26,709 bases of DNA from a candidate division WOR-3 bacterium (GTDB lineage: Bacteria > Hydrothermota > Hydrothermia > JBDRYB01), in NCBI GenBank assembly GCA_039803205.1, contig JBDRYB010000026.1, forward strand, positions 1 to 26,709. Direction: 5' to 3'. Both the position numbers and the translations under genes were made by a program. Under the pieces are notes generated by a model. The model was given only the letters and a program-made list of their open reading frames with translations. It did no database searches and was not told the DNA's origin. The first letter of the stretch is position 1; each line of letters begins with the position of its first letter. Of the stretch, positions 1 to 9,011 are shown in pieces.

Positions 1-126
1 TGAGCGGGAATACTCAATTGCCCTCATGATGCAGAGGTGCACCTTGTCCAGGATGAGACCCTCTTTGGCCCCCATGGACTTGAGCCAGAGTTTCAGCTTG
101 CTTGATACTTGTGGAGAAAGGGTCAT
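1..126 (-). CDS. N-terminus of a probable transposase (partial): MTLSPQVSSKLKLWLKSMGAKEGLILDKVHLCIMRAIEYSRS...
   Basis: ATG at 126 preceded by GAAAGGAG RBS; frame open to the window edge. The second copy at 15658 has the same start but is disrupted. Confidence 0.55.
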   Translation of the reverse strand, partial: MTLSPQVSSKLKLWLKSMGAKEGLILDKVHLCIMRAIEYSRS

Positions 127-276
127 AATTTTTCTCCTTTCCCGGCCCTTCCTTCTTGGGGCCGGGATTATATTTTCATCCCTCAGGGCCTCCCTGGGCC
201 ACTACGGCCCCAAGGGTTTGAGAGCTTTGCCTTGCAGGATAAGGGTTTCAGAGGGGAGGGAAGTGTGAGATCTCAG
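1..276 (-). mobile_element. End of an IS4-like insertion sequence, running off the left edge
   Basis: Near-identical to 15542-15809; similarity stops exactly at ...GAGATCTCAG (276). The end reads CTGAGATCTCACAC on the minus strand, a CTGA-starting terminus as in IS4-family elements. Confidence 0.75.
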
Positions 277-288
277 GAACGCGGGGGG

Positions 289-318
289 TTGATCTGCTGT
301 CATCCTTTCTATTATAAT
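289..318 (+). promoter_or_regulatory. Sigma70-like promoter for the hydrogenase operon
   Basis: TTGATC-N18-TATAAT about 95 nt upstream of ATG 414. Confidence 0.55.
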
Positions 319-413
319 TTACACTCTGTTTAGAGAAACGGAAGGTGCGAGTAGACAGTAGTAATTGAAAGCTGTGAGTAAGACAACTTTAAAACACAAA
401 AGGCAGGTGCAAT

Positions 414-830
414 ATGGCCATGGATGAAGAGCTCGAAGGCATAGAGGGGATTGGGACAGTTCGCAGAATAGACGCTGTGCTTACCAAGCTTCACTTGAGT
501 GTTCCTGAGCTGGAAGGCTTTGGATTGGTGAGCGCTGAGGGGTTGCCAATTCACCTTTCCATACCAATGGAATGGGAATCAACCGGCATGGGGGAAGACT
601 ATGTTTGTGCGGTGGTCTCAGGATTGGTTGGAATAGCCGAGACGAGCGGAGTAAGGTTCCAGAAGAAGGGATTTGAGAGGGTCACAGTCAAGTTCACGGA
701 TTCCTACTTTGCGGCGGTGAAGGTCAACGATAACTGCTACCTCTTCGTTATAGCATCTGACAAGGTAAAGCTGGGCATGCTTCATGTAAGCATGGATGAG
801 GCGGCCAAATCTTTGGCCCCTTATGTCTAG
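414..830 (+). CDS. Roadblock/LC7 (MglB-like) domain protein
   Basis: 138 aa; VPELEGFGLVSAEGLPI and V.ASDKVKLGML match the Roadblock/LC7 pattern; RBS AGGCAGGTG. Confidence 0.85.
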   Translation: MAMDEELEGIEGIGTVRRIDAVLTKLHLSVPELEGFGLVSAEGLPIHLSIPMEWESTGMGEDYVCAVVSGLVGIAETSGVRFQKKGFERVTVKFTDSYFAAVKVNDNCYLFVIASDKVKLGMLHVSMDEAAKSLAPYV

Positions 831-858
831 AACACCCGAACAGGCAAAGGAGTAAAAG

Positions 859-1341
859 ATGTCTCCAAAGGACGAGGAGAGAAGGGAGGTTGCCGCGCTC
901 ATGCGGATACTGGCCTCTCTCAACATCCAAGAGGAAATCCTGGGCAAGGCCACCATAGGCATAATGTATCAGACAGGGAAGACCGTTGGCCTGGTTGAGG
1001 GAGAAAAGCTAGACAAAGCTGATGGAGTGGCTTCAGCTCTAGAGGTTATCAGAAAAAGCCCATGGGGTGAGGTTTGGACTATAGAGCTCTGGCGCGACAA
1101 GGGCCAGGAGGCCGATACCTTCGTGAAAGACGAAAAGGAACATGCTTGGTTAGTGTGGCGCGATTGCCCCATAAGACAGGTCTGTCTAACCGAAGGAGTC
1201 AAGCAGGATGGTGCGATCTGCAAGCTGTCTTACGGGATATTCGCGGGCATAATCTCCAAGGTCATGGACAAAAAAGCGGACATCAAACCAGAATCCCCGG
1301 GACCCAATGCGTGTAAGAAGGTCCTCATAATAAGGGGTTAG
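859..1341 (+). CDS. V4R-like (4-vinyl reductase / ligand-binding) domain protein
   Basis: IMYQTGKTVG, DCPIRQVC, ICKLSYGIFAGII, GPNAC follow the V4R Cys pattern; RBS AAGGAG. Confidence 0.75.
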   Translation: MSPKDEERREVAALMRILASLNIQEEILGKATIGIMYQTGKTVGLVEGEKLDKADGVASALEVIRKSPWGEVWTIELWRDKGQEADTFVKDEKEHAWLVWRDCPIRQVCLTEGVKQDGAICKLSYGIFAGIISKVMDKKADIKPESPGPNACKKVLIIRG

Positions 1342-1345
1342 AGGC

Positions 1346-2254
1346 ATGAAGCTGGCCACGGTTTCCTTGACATCCTGCACGGGTTGCCACGTGGCAATGC
1401 TCCATTTGGGCCAGGATTTCGCGAACATCCTGAAGGGATCAGATGTTGTCTATTCCAGCGTGCTGGCTGACTTTAAAAAAATCCCCAAGTGTGATGTGGC
1501 ACTCCTGGAGGGAGCGGTCCGGAACGAGAAGGATGTCTCCTTGCTCAAAGAGGTTCGCGAGAACTCAAAGATCCTCGTGACAATAGGAACATGTTCCTCA
1601 TACGGTGGGGTCGCTGGACTTGGTAATACTGCTCCAGCTAGTGAACTCTACGAGACTGCTTACAAAGACCAGGCCAAACGTTACCCAGCGCTTCTTCCTA
1701 GGCTTTTGCCAGTTGACTCCTTTGTTGAGGTGGACTACTATGTTACTGGCTGTCCACCCCCACCGAAGGTTCTCAGTGGGTTCTTCAACGATCTCCTCTC
1801 AGGCAAGAAACCCAAGGTCAACGATCTTCCCGTGTGCGCTGACTGTAAGAGAAGGGTGAAAGGTAGCTTTGCCAGAAACATGAGGCATCTTCATCAGGCA
1901 CAGCCTGAGGATGGGGTATGCCTTCTTCAGCAAGGCTATATTTGTCTAGGTTCGGTCACGAGGGCTGGTTGTGAGGCACTATGTCCCACCGCAGGACATC
2001 CCTGCAATGGGTGCCGAGGCCCAACCCACAAGATCCTTCTCAATCCCTCCCACGGTATATACATAGACATTGTTAGACGCAGAAGTCATTATCTCGGAAT
2101 AACCGAGGAACAGTCCAGACAGGAGATAGACGAGTTTACGGACAGGAGTCTCTACTGGTTTACCCTCGCCTCTCCGTTCCTCCGAAGGAGAAACATGGAG
2201 AGAGTGTCATCACTTATACACAGGGTCAACGTGGATAAAGAAGGAAGCGAATGA
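1346..2254 (+). CDS. [NiFe]-hydrogenase small subunit, group 3 (MvhG-like)
   Basis: SCTGCH, EGAVRN, GTCSSYGG, GCPP, VCADC and CLLQQGYICLGSVTRAGCEALCPTAGHPCNGCRGP Fe-S motifs; no Tat signal. Confidence 0.9.
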   Translation: MKLATVSLTSCTGCHVAMLHLGQDFANILKGSDVVYSSVLADFKKIPKCDVALLEGAVRNEKDVSLLKEVRENSKILVTIGTCSSYGGVAGLGNTAPASELYETAYKDQAKRYPALLPRLLPVDSFVEVDYYVTGCPPPPKVLSGFFNDLLSGKKPKVNDLPVCADCKRRVKGSFARNMRHLHQAQPEDGVCLLQQGYICLGSVTRAGCEALCPTAGHPCNGCRGPTHKILLNPSHGIYIDIVRRRSHYLGITEEQSRQEIDEFTDRSLYWFTLASPFLRRRNMERVSSLIHRVNVDKEGSE

Positions 2255-3666
2255 TGCCAGATGAGATAGTCATATCACCCGTTACGAGGATAGAGGGCCA
2301 CGCGGAGATAACCGTTGAGCTGGGCGATGATGGCAGGGCAAAGGGGGCTAGGTTCCATGTTCACAACTTCAGGGGATTCGAGAGGTTCCTTGAAGGGATG
2401 CCGGCTGACGACCTTCCCCAACTTACCTGCAGGATATGTGGGATATGTTATTCCGCCCACGGCCTAGCGTCTGTGAAGGCCATTGAATCAGCCTGGGGTA
2501 TCAAACCATCCCCAGAAGCCAGAAAGGTCAGGGAGCTGATATTCTTCGGTCAATACATAGAATCCCACGCGCTCTCCCTGGCAGTTCTCAGCCTCCCGGA
2601 TTTCATTTACCCGGGCCAGGGGCCTGAGAAACGAAACATAGTTAATCTACTGAAGACCCATGAAGATGTAGCGAAGAAACTCATTGATCTCAGGCAATCC
2701 GGCTCAATGATCACCAGGGTGGTTGGGGGGCGCCCAGTTCATCCTGTCAACTTCGTTCCCGGTGGAGTTGTTCGCGTGCCCACCCCTGAGGAAAGGAAGG
2801 AGCTCCTTAAGGGTCTTGAGGGTAAGGATGCTGTGTTGGTTGGCTTGTGGAACATCCTCAAGGAGGTTCTGCTCAAGAATCCGGAGTTTATGAGTCTCGG
2901 CGCAACCGAGACCCACTATCTTGCCATGAATGACGAGGGCAAAATTGCTTTTTACGATGGTCATCTGAGCATTATGACCCCTGATGGCAAGATAAAAGAA
3001 ACTTTCCCACCCGAGGATTACTTCAAGCATGTAGCCGAGGAGGAGCACGCCTTTAGTTACATGAAGTTCCCTGTTCTGGTAACTGGGGAGAAGTTCAGAG
3101 TTGGACCCCTTGCCAGGGTGAATATCGCAAAACTCTGCGGAACGCCAAAGGCTGATGAGATACTATCGGAGGCCAGAGAGATCGTTGGTTTTCCAACCAA
3201 CACCACCATGGCCTATCATGTAGCAAGGCTCATAGAAACGGTGTATTCCTGGGAAAAAGCGGTTGAGCTCCTGAACGACGATGATGTTTCCTCACCAAAG
3301 GCCCTCTTCGCAGGGATTCCTGCCAAAGCCGGAAGGGGCATCGGTATAGTTGAGGCCCCCAGAGGTGTTTTGGTTCACCAGTACGAGTTCGGTGACACGG
3401 GAAGACTTATCAAGGCCAACTTCGTGGTTGCCACCCAGCACAACAACCACGCTATAAACGATGGCCTTTCTGCAACAGCGCGAGAACTCATCACATCTCC
3501 AAAAGTTCCGGAGGAGATCCTGAACAGGCTTGAGATGATAGCCAGGGCATACGACCCGTGTCTCGCTTGTGCCACTCACGCTATTGGCGTGCGTCCGTTT
3601 ACAATAGAGCTCGTTGGCCCTGATGGCAAAACTATAAGGAGGTGGGAAAGAAATGGCCGGGTTTAA
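2251..3666 (+). CDS. [NiFe]-hydrogenase large subunit, group 3 (MvhA/HoxH-like)
   Basis: TRIEGH, RGFERF, RICGIC (L1), EAPRG, RAYDPCLACATH (L2) followed by a C-terminal extension; ATGA overlap with the small subunit gene. Confidence 0.93.
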   Translation: MMPDEIVISPVTRIEGHAEITVELGDDGRAKGARFHVHNFRGFERFLEGMPADDLPQLTCRICGICYSAHGLASVKAIESAWGIKPSPEARKVRELIFFGQYIESHALSLAVLSLPDFIYPGQGPEKRNIVNLLKTHEDVAKKLIDLRQSGSMITRVVGGRPVHPVNFVPGGVVRVPTPEERKELLKGLEGKDAVLVGLWNILKEVLLKNPEFMSLGATETHYLAMNDEGKIAFYDGHLSIMTPDGKIKETFPPEDYFKHVAEEEHAFSYMKFPVLVTGEKFRVGPLARVNIAKLCGTPKADEILSEAREIVGFPTNTTMAYHVARLIETVYSWEKAVELLNDDDVSSPKALFAGIPAKAGRGIGIVEAPRGVLVHQYEFGDTGRLIKANFVVATQHNNHAINDGLSATARELITSPKVPEEILNRLEMIARAYDPCLACATHAIGVRPFTIELVGPDGKTIRRWERNGRV

Positions 3667-3934
3667 AATAACCAGAGACAAGGACAGGTGTGTCATATGC
3701 GGGGAATGCATCCGAGTTTGTCCGCAGTCCGGGGGGGACAAACAGTTCCCGGTAATAAAGGAGCATCCCACCAAAGAGGAACCACCTGAGGTTGTGAACC
3801 CGGACAACTGCATCCAGTGTCTGAGGTGTCTGGATACATGCAGAGCCTCAGCAATAAGCTTTGAGGGTTATCGCGAAGTCAAACAGGTTCTGCTTGATCC
3901 ATACATGGTCAGGGAGGCTGATAAGATCGTTTAG
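3653..3934 (+). CDS. 2x[4Fe-4S] dicluster ferredoxin
   Basis: CVICGECIRVCP and CIQCLRCLDTC motifs; overlaps the end of the large subunit gene. Confidence 0.9.
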   Translation: MAGFKITRDKDRCVICGECIRVCPQSGGDKQFPVIKEHPTKEEPPEVVNPDNCIQCLRCLDTCRASAISFEGYREVKQVLLDPYMVREADKIV

Positions 3935-4157
3935 TTGCTCGCTGAGGATCAGCCCGCTGAGCTGGTGTAATATCATATGCCTCAGTAAGTAGTGTTCTTC
4001 TTGCTATGTAAGTTGAAAATGGGGGGCACAGTTCACTCATAACCAGGACAGAGATACAGGGAAAAGCCATCAGGATATTCAGGGTATAGGCCCACTGATC
4101 ATGGTGCCAACTCCTTGGGGCGTGATCCGCTGAGAAAATGAGGGATCAAAGTTGGGT

Positions 4158-4234
4158 CTAAGATGCTGACCTGTGGCTAGCACCTCAGGATGGCCCATTC
4201 ATGAGGATTGGGGAAGATTTTGGGTAAGGGTCAG
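4158..4234 (-). mobile_element. Isolated end of an IS4-like element (family of 22496-22858)
   Basis: 4179-4234 matches 22803-22858 at 50/56 nt, ending in GGGTAAGGGTCAG, the terminal inverted repeat of that element. Confidence 0.7.
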
Positions 4235-4493
4235 TAATGATACCCCTGGGGTTTGGGAGGGAATTCTCAGTTTTGGTGGGTGCCTTTGAGGTTATTATCC
4301 TCTGGAAGGCCTCAGAGGCCATATCCCTGCCTGCTTCTCTGAGAGCGCACGAGAGCTTCTCCTCAACGAGTTTCATCCAGACCTCAGGTTGATCCATACT
4401 TATCTCATCCAGCTCTACCTGGATGCTCACGGTCCTCTGAACATATTCTAATCCAAAAGCCGAATCCGGGCCAGGCCTGCCCGGAGAACCGGA
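4235..4493 (-). pseudogene. Truncated remnant of a probable transposase 5' region (possibly ISLre2/UPF0236-like)
   Basis: 4442-4493 is the reverse complement of 26590-26641 at 46/52 nt. The ORF from 4430 (VSIQVELDE...EEKLSCALREAGRDMASEAFQRI) is cut by the IS end at 4234. Family call is tentative. Confidence 0.45.
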
Positions 4494-4513
4494 GGGATCC
4501 GCAAGCCCTTAGG

Positions 4514-5926
4514 TTATATAACCAACAGGTCCATGAACTCGTGGAAGGGCATCTCATCAAGCGCCCTGGGGTCCTTAAAGAGCGCTATCATCTCTTCAAC
4601 CCGATGGTGCGGGAAGCGGCTATCCATGTTTGAGCGGAACTTCTCGTAAAGGAGGGGAGTTGCTTCGTGCCTCCTGCGTTTGTGGCCTATGGGATACTCA
4701 ACCTCTAGCTTACCGGTGCTTGTCCCGTCCTTGAACCTTACTTCAACCGCATTTGCTATTGAGCGCTTATTAGGATCAAGGTAATCCGCTGAGTATCTCG
4801 GATCCTCAACCACCTTCATCTTGCTTCTGAGCCGATCTATTCTGGGGTCCGAAGCGACCCGGTCAGAATAGGAATCAGCAGTTACCTCACCGTATATGAG
4901 GCCTATTGCCACCATGTATTGGATGCAGTGATCCCGGTCAGCTGGGTTGTGAAGAGGGCCTTCTTTGTCTATTATCCTTTTCGCGGATTCCTGGGTTGTT
5001 ATGATGATCTCCTCTATCTCATCAAGTCTGTCTCTTACGCTAGGATGAAGTCTCAGGGCCGCCTCAAGCGCTGTCTGCCCGTGGAACTCAGCCGGAAAAG
5101 AGACCTTGAAAAGCACATTCTCCATTACATAGCTTCCCAAGGGCCGAGCGAGGACTATCTCCTTGCCATGGAACCACACGTCCTGAAACCCCCAGCCAGG
5201 AGCGGAAAGGGCCTTTGGATAACCCATCTCCCCTGCCATAGCCCAATATGCCAGCTGGACCCCGCGGCTCGTCGCATCCCCAGCGGCCCATGACTTGCGG
5301 GAACCTGTTTGTGGTGCGTGCCTGTAAGCCCTAAGGGTTGCCTCAAGGAATGCATTTGACACAGCGCTTATTACCTGTTCCCTCGTGCACCCGAGCATGG
5401 CCGCACTGACCGCGGCCGAAGCCACCTTCACGAAAAGGACATGGTCAATCCCCACCCTGTTCAGGCTATTCTCCAGGGCGAGCACCCCTTGTATCTCGTG
5501 CGCCTTTATTGCCCAAGTGAGAACATCCCTGACCCTGGCTGGCTCCCGGCCTCTTGAAACCGCCTTTTGGCTCAGGTGATCCCCCAAAGCGAGTATTGCG
5601 CCGAGGTTATCGGATGGGTGGCCCCACTCAGCTGCCAGCCATGTGTCGTTGTAATCAAGCCAGCGTATAGCTGTCCCGATGCAGAAAGCGGCCCTCACCG
5701 GATCCAGGATGAACTGGGTTCCAGGGACCCTTGAACCCAAAGGAACCACTGTCCCGTGGAGAATAGGCCCCATGAGCTTCGCGCAAGCGGGATAAGAGAG
5801 AGCGAGAACCCCGCAACCGATCGAGTCCATGAGACAGAGCCGTGCTGTATCGTATGCCTCCTTGCTGGTTATCTCAGCCCCCAAAACATAGTCCGCTATG
5901 TCCGAAAGAACCCTGTCCGGCTCCAT
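4514..5926 (-). CDS. prpD: 2-methylcitrate dehydratase (MmgE/PrpD family)
   Basis: [61 protein letters not shown]. Confidence 0.95.
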   Translation of the reverse strand: MEPDRVLSDIADYVLGAEITSKEAYDTARLCLMDSIGCGVLALSYPACAKLMGPILHGTVVPLGSRVPGTQFILDPVRAAFCIGTAIRWLDYNDTWLAAEWGHPSDNLGAILALGDHLSQKAVSRGREPARVRDVLTWAIKAHEIQGVLALENSLNRVGIDHVLFVKVASAAVSAAMLGCTREQVISAVSNAFLEATLRAYRHAPQTGSRKSWAAGDATSRGVQLAYWAMAGEMGYPKALSAPGWGFQDVWFHGKEIVLARPLGSYVMENVLFKVSFPAEFHGQTALEAALRLHPSVRDRLDEIEEIIITTQESAKRIIDKEGPLHNPADRDHCIQYMVAIGLIYGEVTADSYSDRVASDPRIDRLRSKMKVVEDPRYSADYLDPNKRSIANAVEVRFKDGTSTGKLEVEYPIGHKRRRHEATPLLYEKFRSNMDSRFPHHRVEEMIALFKDPRALDEMPFHEFMDLLVI

Positions 5927-5928
5927 GG

Positions 5929-7050
5929 CTATCGCTCGCCTATGGGGATAAACTTTAGGTTTTCCGGTCCGATGTATTCTGCTCTGGGCCTTATTATCCT
6001 GTTGTTTGCCCTCTGCTCAAATATGTGCGCCGACCATCCGGATGTCCTCGCCATGACGAATATGGGCGTATACATGGGAACGGGGATCCCACACATATAG
6101 TAGAGAACCCCGCCGAAGAAGTCCACATTGGGGAAAAGCCTTTTCTCTCGCCACATGACCTCCTCAACCCTCTCGGCCTTGTTGTAGAGGCTCATATCCC
6201 CGGCCCTCTCCGAGAGTCTCTTTGCCCATGATTTCGCTATTGGATGCCGGGGATCAGAGACCTTATATACCCTGTGGCCAAAGCCCATTATCTTCTCTTT
6301 TCTTGCGAGCATATCCAGGATCTGCCTCTCAGCATCGTCAGGGTCCTTGAACTTTTGAAGCATGTATACCGCGGCCTCGTTCGCGCCGCCGTGCAATGGG
6401 CCCCGAAGGGCACCTATGCCACCAGTGATGGCTGAGTAGAAATCCGAGAGGGTTGATGCGATCACCCGACAGGAGAATGTTGAGGCATTGAACTCGTGTT
6501 CAGCGTAGAGTATGAGAGTAACATCAAGGGCCTTCTCAGTGAGCGGATCCGGTTTCTCCCCTTTCAGTAGCCTCAGGAAATGCCCCGCGATACCCCTTTC
6601 GTCAGTCTCGGTTTCTATTCGCTTGCCTGAGTTGGCGAAGTGATACCAGTAAAGGAGCATTGACGGGAAAGAGGCGAGCAATCTGTTGGCTATGGAACGC
6701 TGATCCCTACCGGGCCCCTCTGGTTCCATCGTGCCCAGAGCAGAACACCCTGTCCTCAGGACATCCATGGGGTGGGCATCCCGTGGTATCTGCTCCAGAA
6801 CGGTCTTAAGGCCCTGAGGCAGGCCTCGCATCTTTCTAAGGGTAGCTTCATACTCCTCAAGCTCGGATATGTTCGGCAGCTTCCCGTAAAGGAGGAGGTA
6901 AGCCACCTCCTCAAAGCGAGCGTTCTCAGCCAGGTCCTCAACAGAGTATCCCCTGTAATGAAGGCCTTTACCCTCCTTGTCAACCGTCGCGATGGCCGTG
7001 TCACCGGCTATGACCCCTTCAAGTCCAGTTGGCTTCTTCAAAGCTTCCAT
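5929..7050 (-). CDS. prpC: 2-methylcitrate synthase
   Basis: [35 protein letters not shown] citrate-synthase motifs; located between prpB and prpD. Confidence 0.93.
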   Translation of the reverse strand: MEALKKPTGLEGVIAGDTAIATVDKEGKGLHYRGYSVEDLAENARFEEVAYLLLYGKLPNISELEEYEATLRKMRGLPQGLKTVLEQIPRDAHPMDVLRTGCSALGTMEPEGPGRDQRSIANRLLASFPSMLLYWYHFANSGKRIETETDERGIAGHFLRLLKGEKPDPLTEKALDVTLILYAEHEFNASTFSCRVIASTLSDFYSAITGGIGALRGPLHGGANEAAVYMLQKFKDPDDAERQILDMLARKEKIMGFGHRVYKVSDPRHPIAKSWAKRLSERAGDMSLYNKAERVEEVMWREKRLFPNVDFFGGVLYYMCGIPVPMYTPIFVMARTSGWSAHIFEQRANNRIIRPRAEYIGPENLKFIPIGER

Positions 7051-7116
7051 GGTATATAACCTCCGGTTCAGCAGTTATTATATAACGGCAAGGAACCCTC
7101 GCGCCACAATTGGCTT

Positions 7117-7992
7117 CTATCCCCTGCGAAGCAGTTCGTCCATCCTCCGTTCGTATTCGTGATACCCTATCACCTCGTATAGCTCATCCCTCGTCTGCAT
7201 GAGACCAAGGACACCCTTCTGGGTTCCGTCCTTGAGTATGGCTTCATAGACCCTTTGAGCCGCCTTCGCCATGGCCCTGAACGCTGATAGGGGATAAAGG
7301 GCTATGCTAACCCCGGCCTCGCCGAGCTCCTGAGCGGTGAAAAGAGGGGTCCTTCCGAACTCGGTTATGTTGGCCAGGATGGGAACCTCCACGGCCTCAG
7401 CTATCTTCCTGTAGTGATCCAACTCTGCAAGCGCCTCAGGGAATATCATATCAGCTCCCGCATCCCTGTAAGCAACTGCCCTTTCTATGACGCCTTCCAA
7501 GCCCTCTTTCGCAAAAGCATCGGTTCTTGCCATTATCACGAAATCAGGGTCTTGCCTCGCATCAACAGCGGCCTTTATTCGGTCCACCATCTCCTCTCTG
7601 GAGACTATCTCCTTGCCAGGCCTGTGGCCGCACCTTTTAGCGGAGACTTGATCCTCTATGTGAACGCCTGCCGCTCCTGCTTTTTCCATCTCTTTGATGG
7701 TTCTGGCTATCCCAAGAGCGTTCCCCCATCCGGTGTCCACATCAACCAAAAGAGGAAGCGAGCAGGCCGATGTTATTCTTCGGACATCCTCAAGCACATC
7801 CGATAGGTTCGTCATCCCGAGGTCAGGAAGCCCATACGAAGCTGTTGCGACTCCGGAGCCTGATAGGTAAATTGCCTTGAACCCGATCCTTTCAGCGAGT
7901 ATGGCCGCGTAGGCATTTATTGCGCCGGGGAGCTTGAGAGGCCTTTCGGACAGAAGAGCGGCTCTAAATAGTTTTCCAGGGCTTTCTCTCAT
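7117..7992 (-). CDS. prpB: Methylisocitrate lyase
   Basis: [46 protein letters not shown]. Confidence 0.96.
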   Translation of the reverse strand: MRESPGKLFRAALLSERPLKLPGAINAYAAILAERIGFKAIYLSGSGVATASYGLPDLGMTNLSDVLEDVRRITSACSLPLLVDVDTGWGNALGIARTIKEMEKAGAAGVHIEDQVSAKRCGHRPGKEIVSREEMVDRIKAAVDARQDPDFVIMARTDAFAKEGLEGVIERAVAYRDAGADMIFPEALAELDHYRKIAEAVEVPILANITEFGRTPLFTAQELGEAGVSIALYPLSAFRAMAKAAQRVYEAILKDGTQKGVLGLMQTRDELYEVIGYHEYERRMDELLRRG

Positions 7993-7999
7993 GGCCAGT

Positions 8000-8029
8000 A
8001 TGATAAAGCACCGCGCGGTGCTTTATCAT
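8000..8029. promoter_or_regulatory. Perfect 30-bp palindrome between the divergent prpB and GT9 genes; probable bidirectional promoter or operator
   Basis: ATGATAAAGCACCGC|GCGGTGCTTTATCAT places TATCAT 7 nt before the prpB ATG and 8 nt before the GT9 GTG. Confidence 0.7.
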
Positions 8030-8037
8030 TTACGGAA

Positions 8038-8967
8038 GTGAAAGTCCTCTTGGTGAGATTCTCATCTTTGGGCGATGTCGCACTGGTTTCATCACCCGTT
8101 GAGCTGCTCCACGCCTATGGCCATGAGCCTTGGCTTCTCACATTCAGGCCCTACGGCGAGCTTTTCGCTAATGACAGGAGAGTTAATGTGATTGAGGTGG
8201 AGAGAAACGGGGGCATCGGAAACGCGCTCAGGAAACTGAAGGGGGGATTCGGAGCCGCTTTTGACTTGCACGGGAAACTGCTATCGGGTATGGTTGTTGC
8301 GATGTCTGGGGCACGGATAAAGGCCAGGTATAAGAAAAGGATACTTCAGCGCAGGGCCGCGGTGTGGTTCAAGAGAAGGCCGAGATTCATTCCCGTGCAC
8401 GAGCTTTACTGCCGGCCAATAAAAAACTCCCTCAAGATACCTGGGGCATGCCCCTTGCCCAGGCTCATTCCTCCCGATAATGGCCCTGATCTCCCCGAGA
8501 AATTTGTCATCCTCGCGCCGGGTGCCCAGCATCCAATGCGCTCATGGCCGTGGTTTCCGGAGCTAGCGGAACTTCTCTCGGCAAGGGGAACGGACATCCT
8601 CTGGATCGGACTCGGAGGCGAGGGGCCTTCAGATGTTCCTGGGATTGATCTCAGAGGCAAAACAAGCATCCAGGAGCTCCTATATGTCATAAGCAAGGCA
8701 AAAGCACTTGTCTCAGGGGATACGGGACCAATGCACATCGCGAGGTGTCTCGGGGTTCCGGTTGTAGCGATATTCGGGCCAACAATTCCGGAATTCGGGT
8801 TTGGCCCCCTGCCGGGCCAGGGCATTGTCCTTGAGAAAAACCTGAGATGCAGGCCGTGCTCCCTCCATGGGGAGAGGAGGTGCCCACATGCGCTTGAGTG
8901 TCTCACGGGAATAAACCCCCAAACGGTCCTGCAAAGCCTGGGAGTGGTCCTGGGAGAACGCATCTAG
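8038..8967 (+). CDS. Glycosyltransferase family 9 (LPS heptosyltransferase, WaaF/WaaC-like)
   Basis: VRFSSLGDV, FDLHG, DLRGKTSIQEL, SGDTGPMHIARCLGVPVVAIFGPT, CRPCSLHG. Confidence 0.92.
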   Translation: MKVLLVRFSSLGDVALVSSPVELLHAYGHEPWLLTFRPYGELFANDRRVNVIEVERNGGIGNALRKLKGGFGAAFDLHGKLLSGMVVAMSGARIKARYKKRILQRRAAVWFKRRPRFIPVHELYCRPIKNSLKIPGACPLPRLIPPDNGPDLPEKFVILAPGAQHPMRSWPWFPELAELLSARGTDILWIGLGGEGPSDVPGIDLRGKTSIQELLYVISKAKALVSGDTGPMHIARCLGVPVVAIFGPTIPEFGFGPLPGQGIVLEKNLRCRPCSLHGERRCPHALECLTGINPQTVLQSLGVVLGERI

Positions 8968-9011
8968 TAGGATGCAGTTCTGGCCAGGCTGGCTCGTTCC
9001 TGATGATTAAC

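Noticed and set aside
26..333. Plus-strand ORFs 26-268 and 109-333, and the matching 15567-15941
   Set aside because: Antisense to the IS transposase start; no RBS or recognisable motifs
426..460. Helix-hairpin-helix-like LEGIEGIG at the Roadblock N-terminus
   Set aside because: Too short to distinguish from chance
3540..3580. Possible [NiFeSe] hydrogenase
   Set aside because: L2 codons are GAC CCG TGT CTC GCT TGT; there is no in-frame TGA
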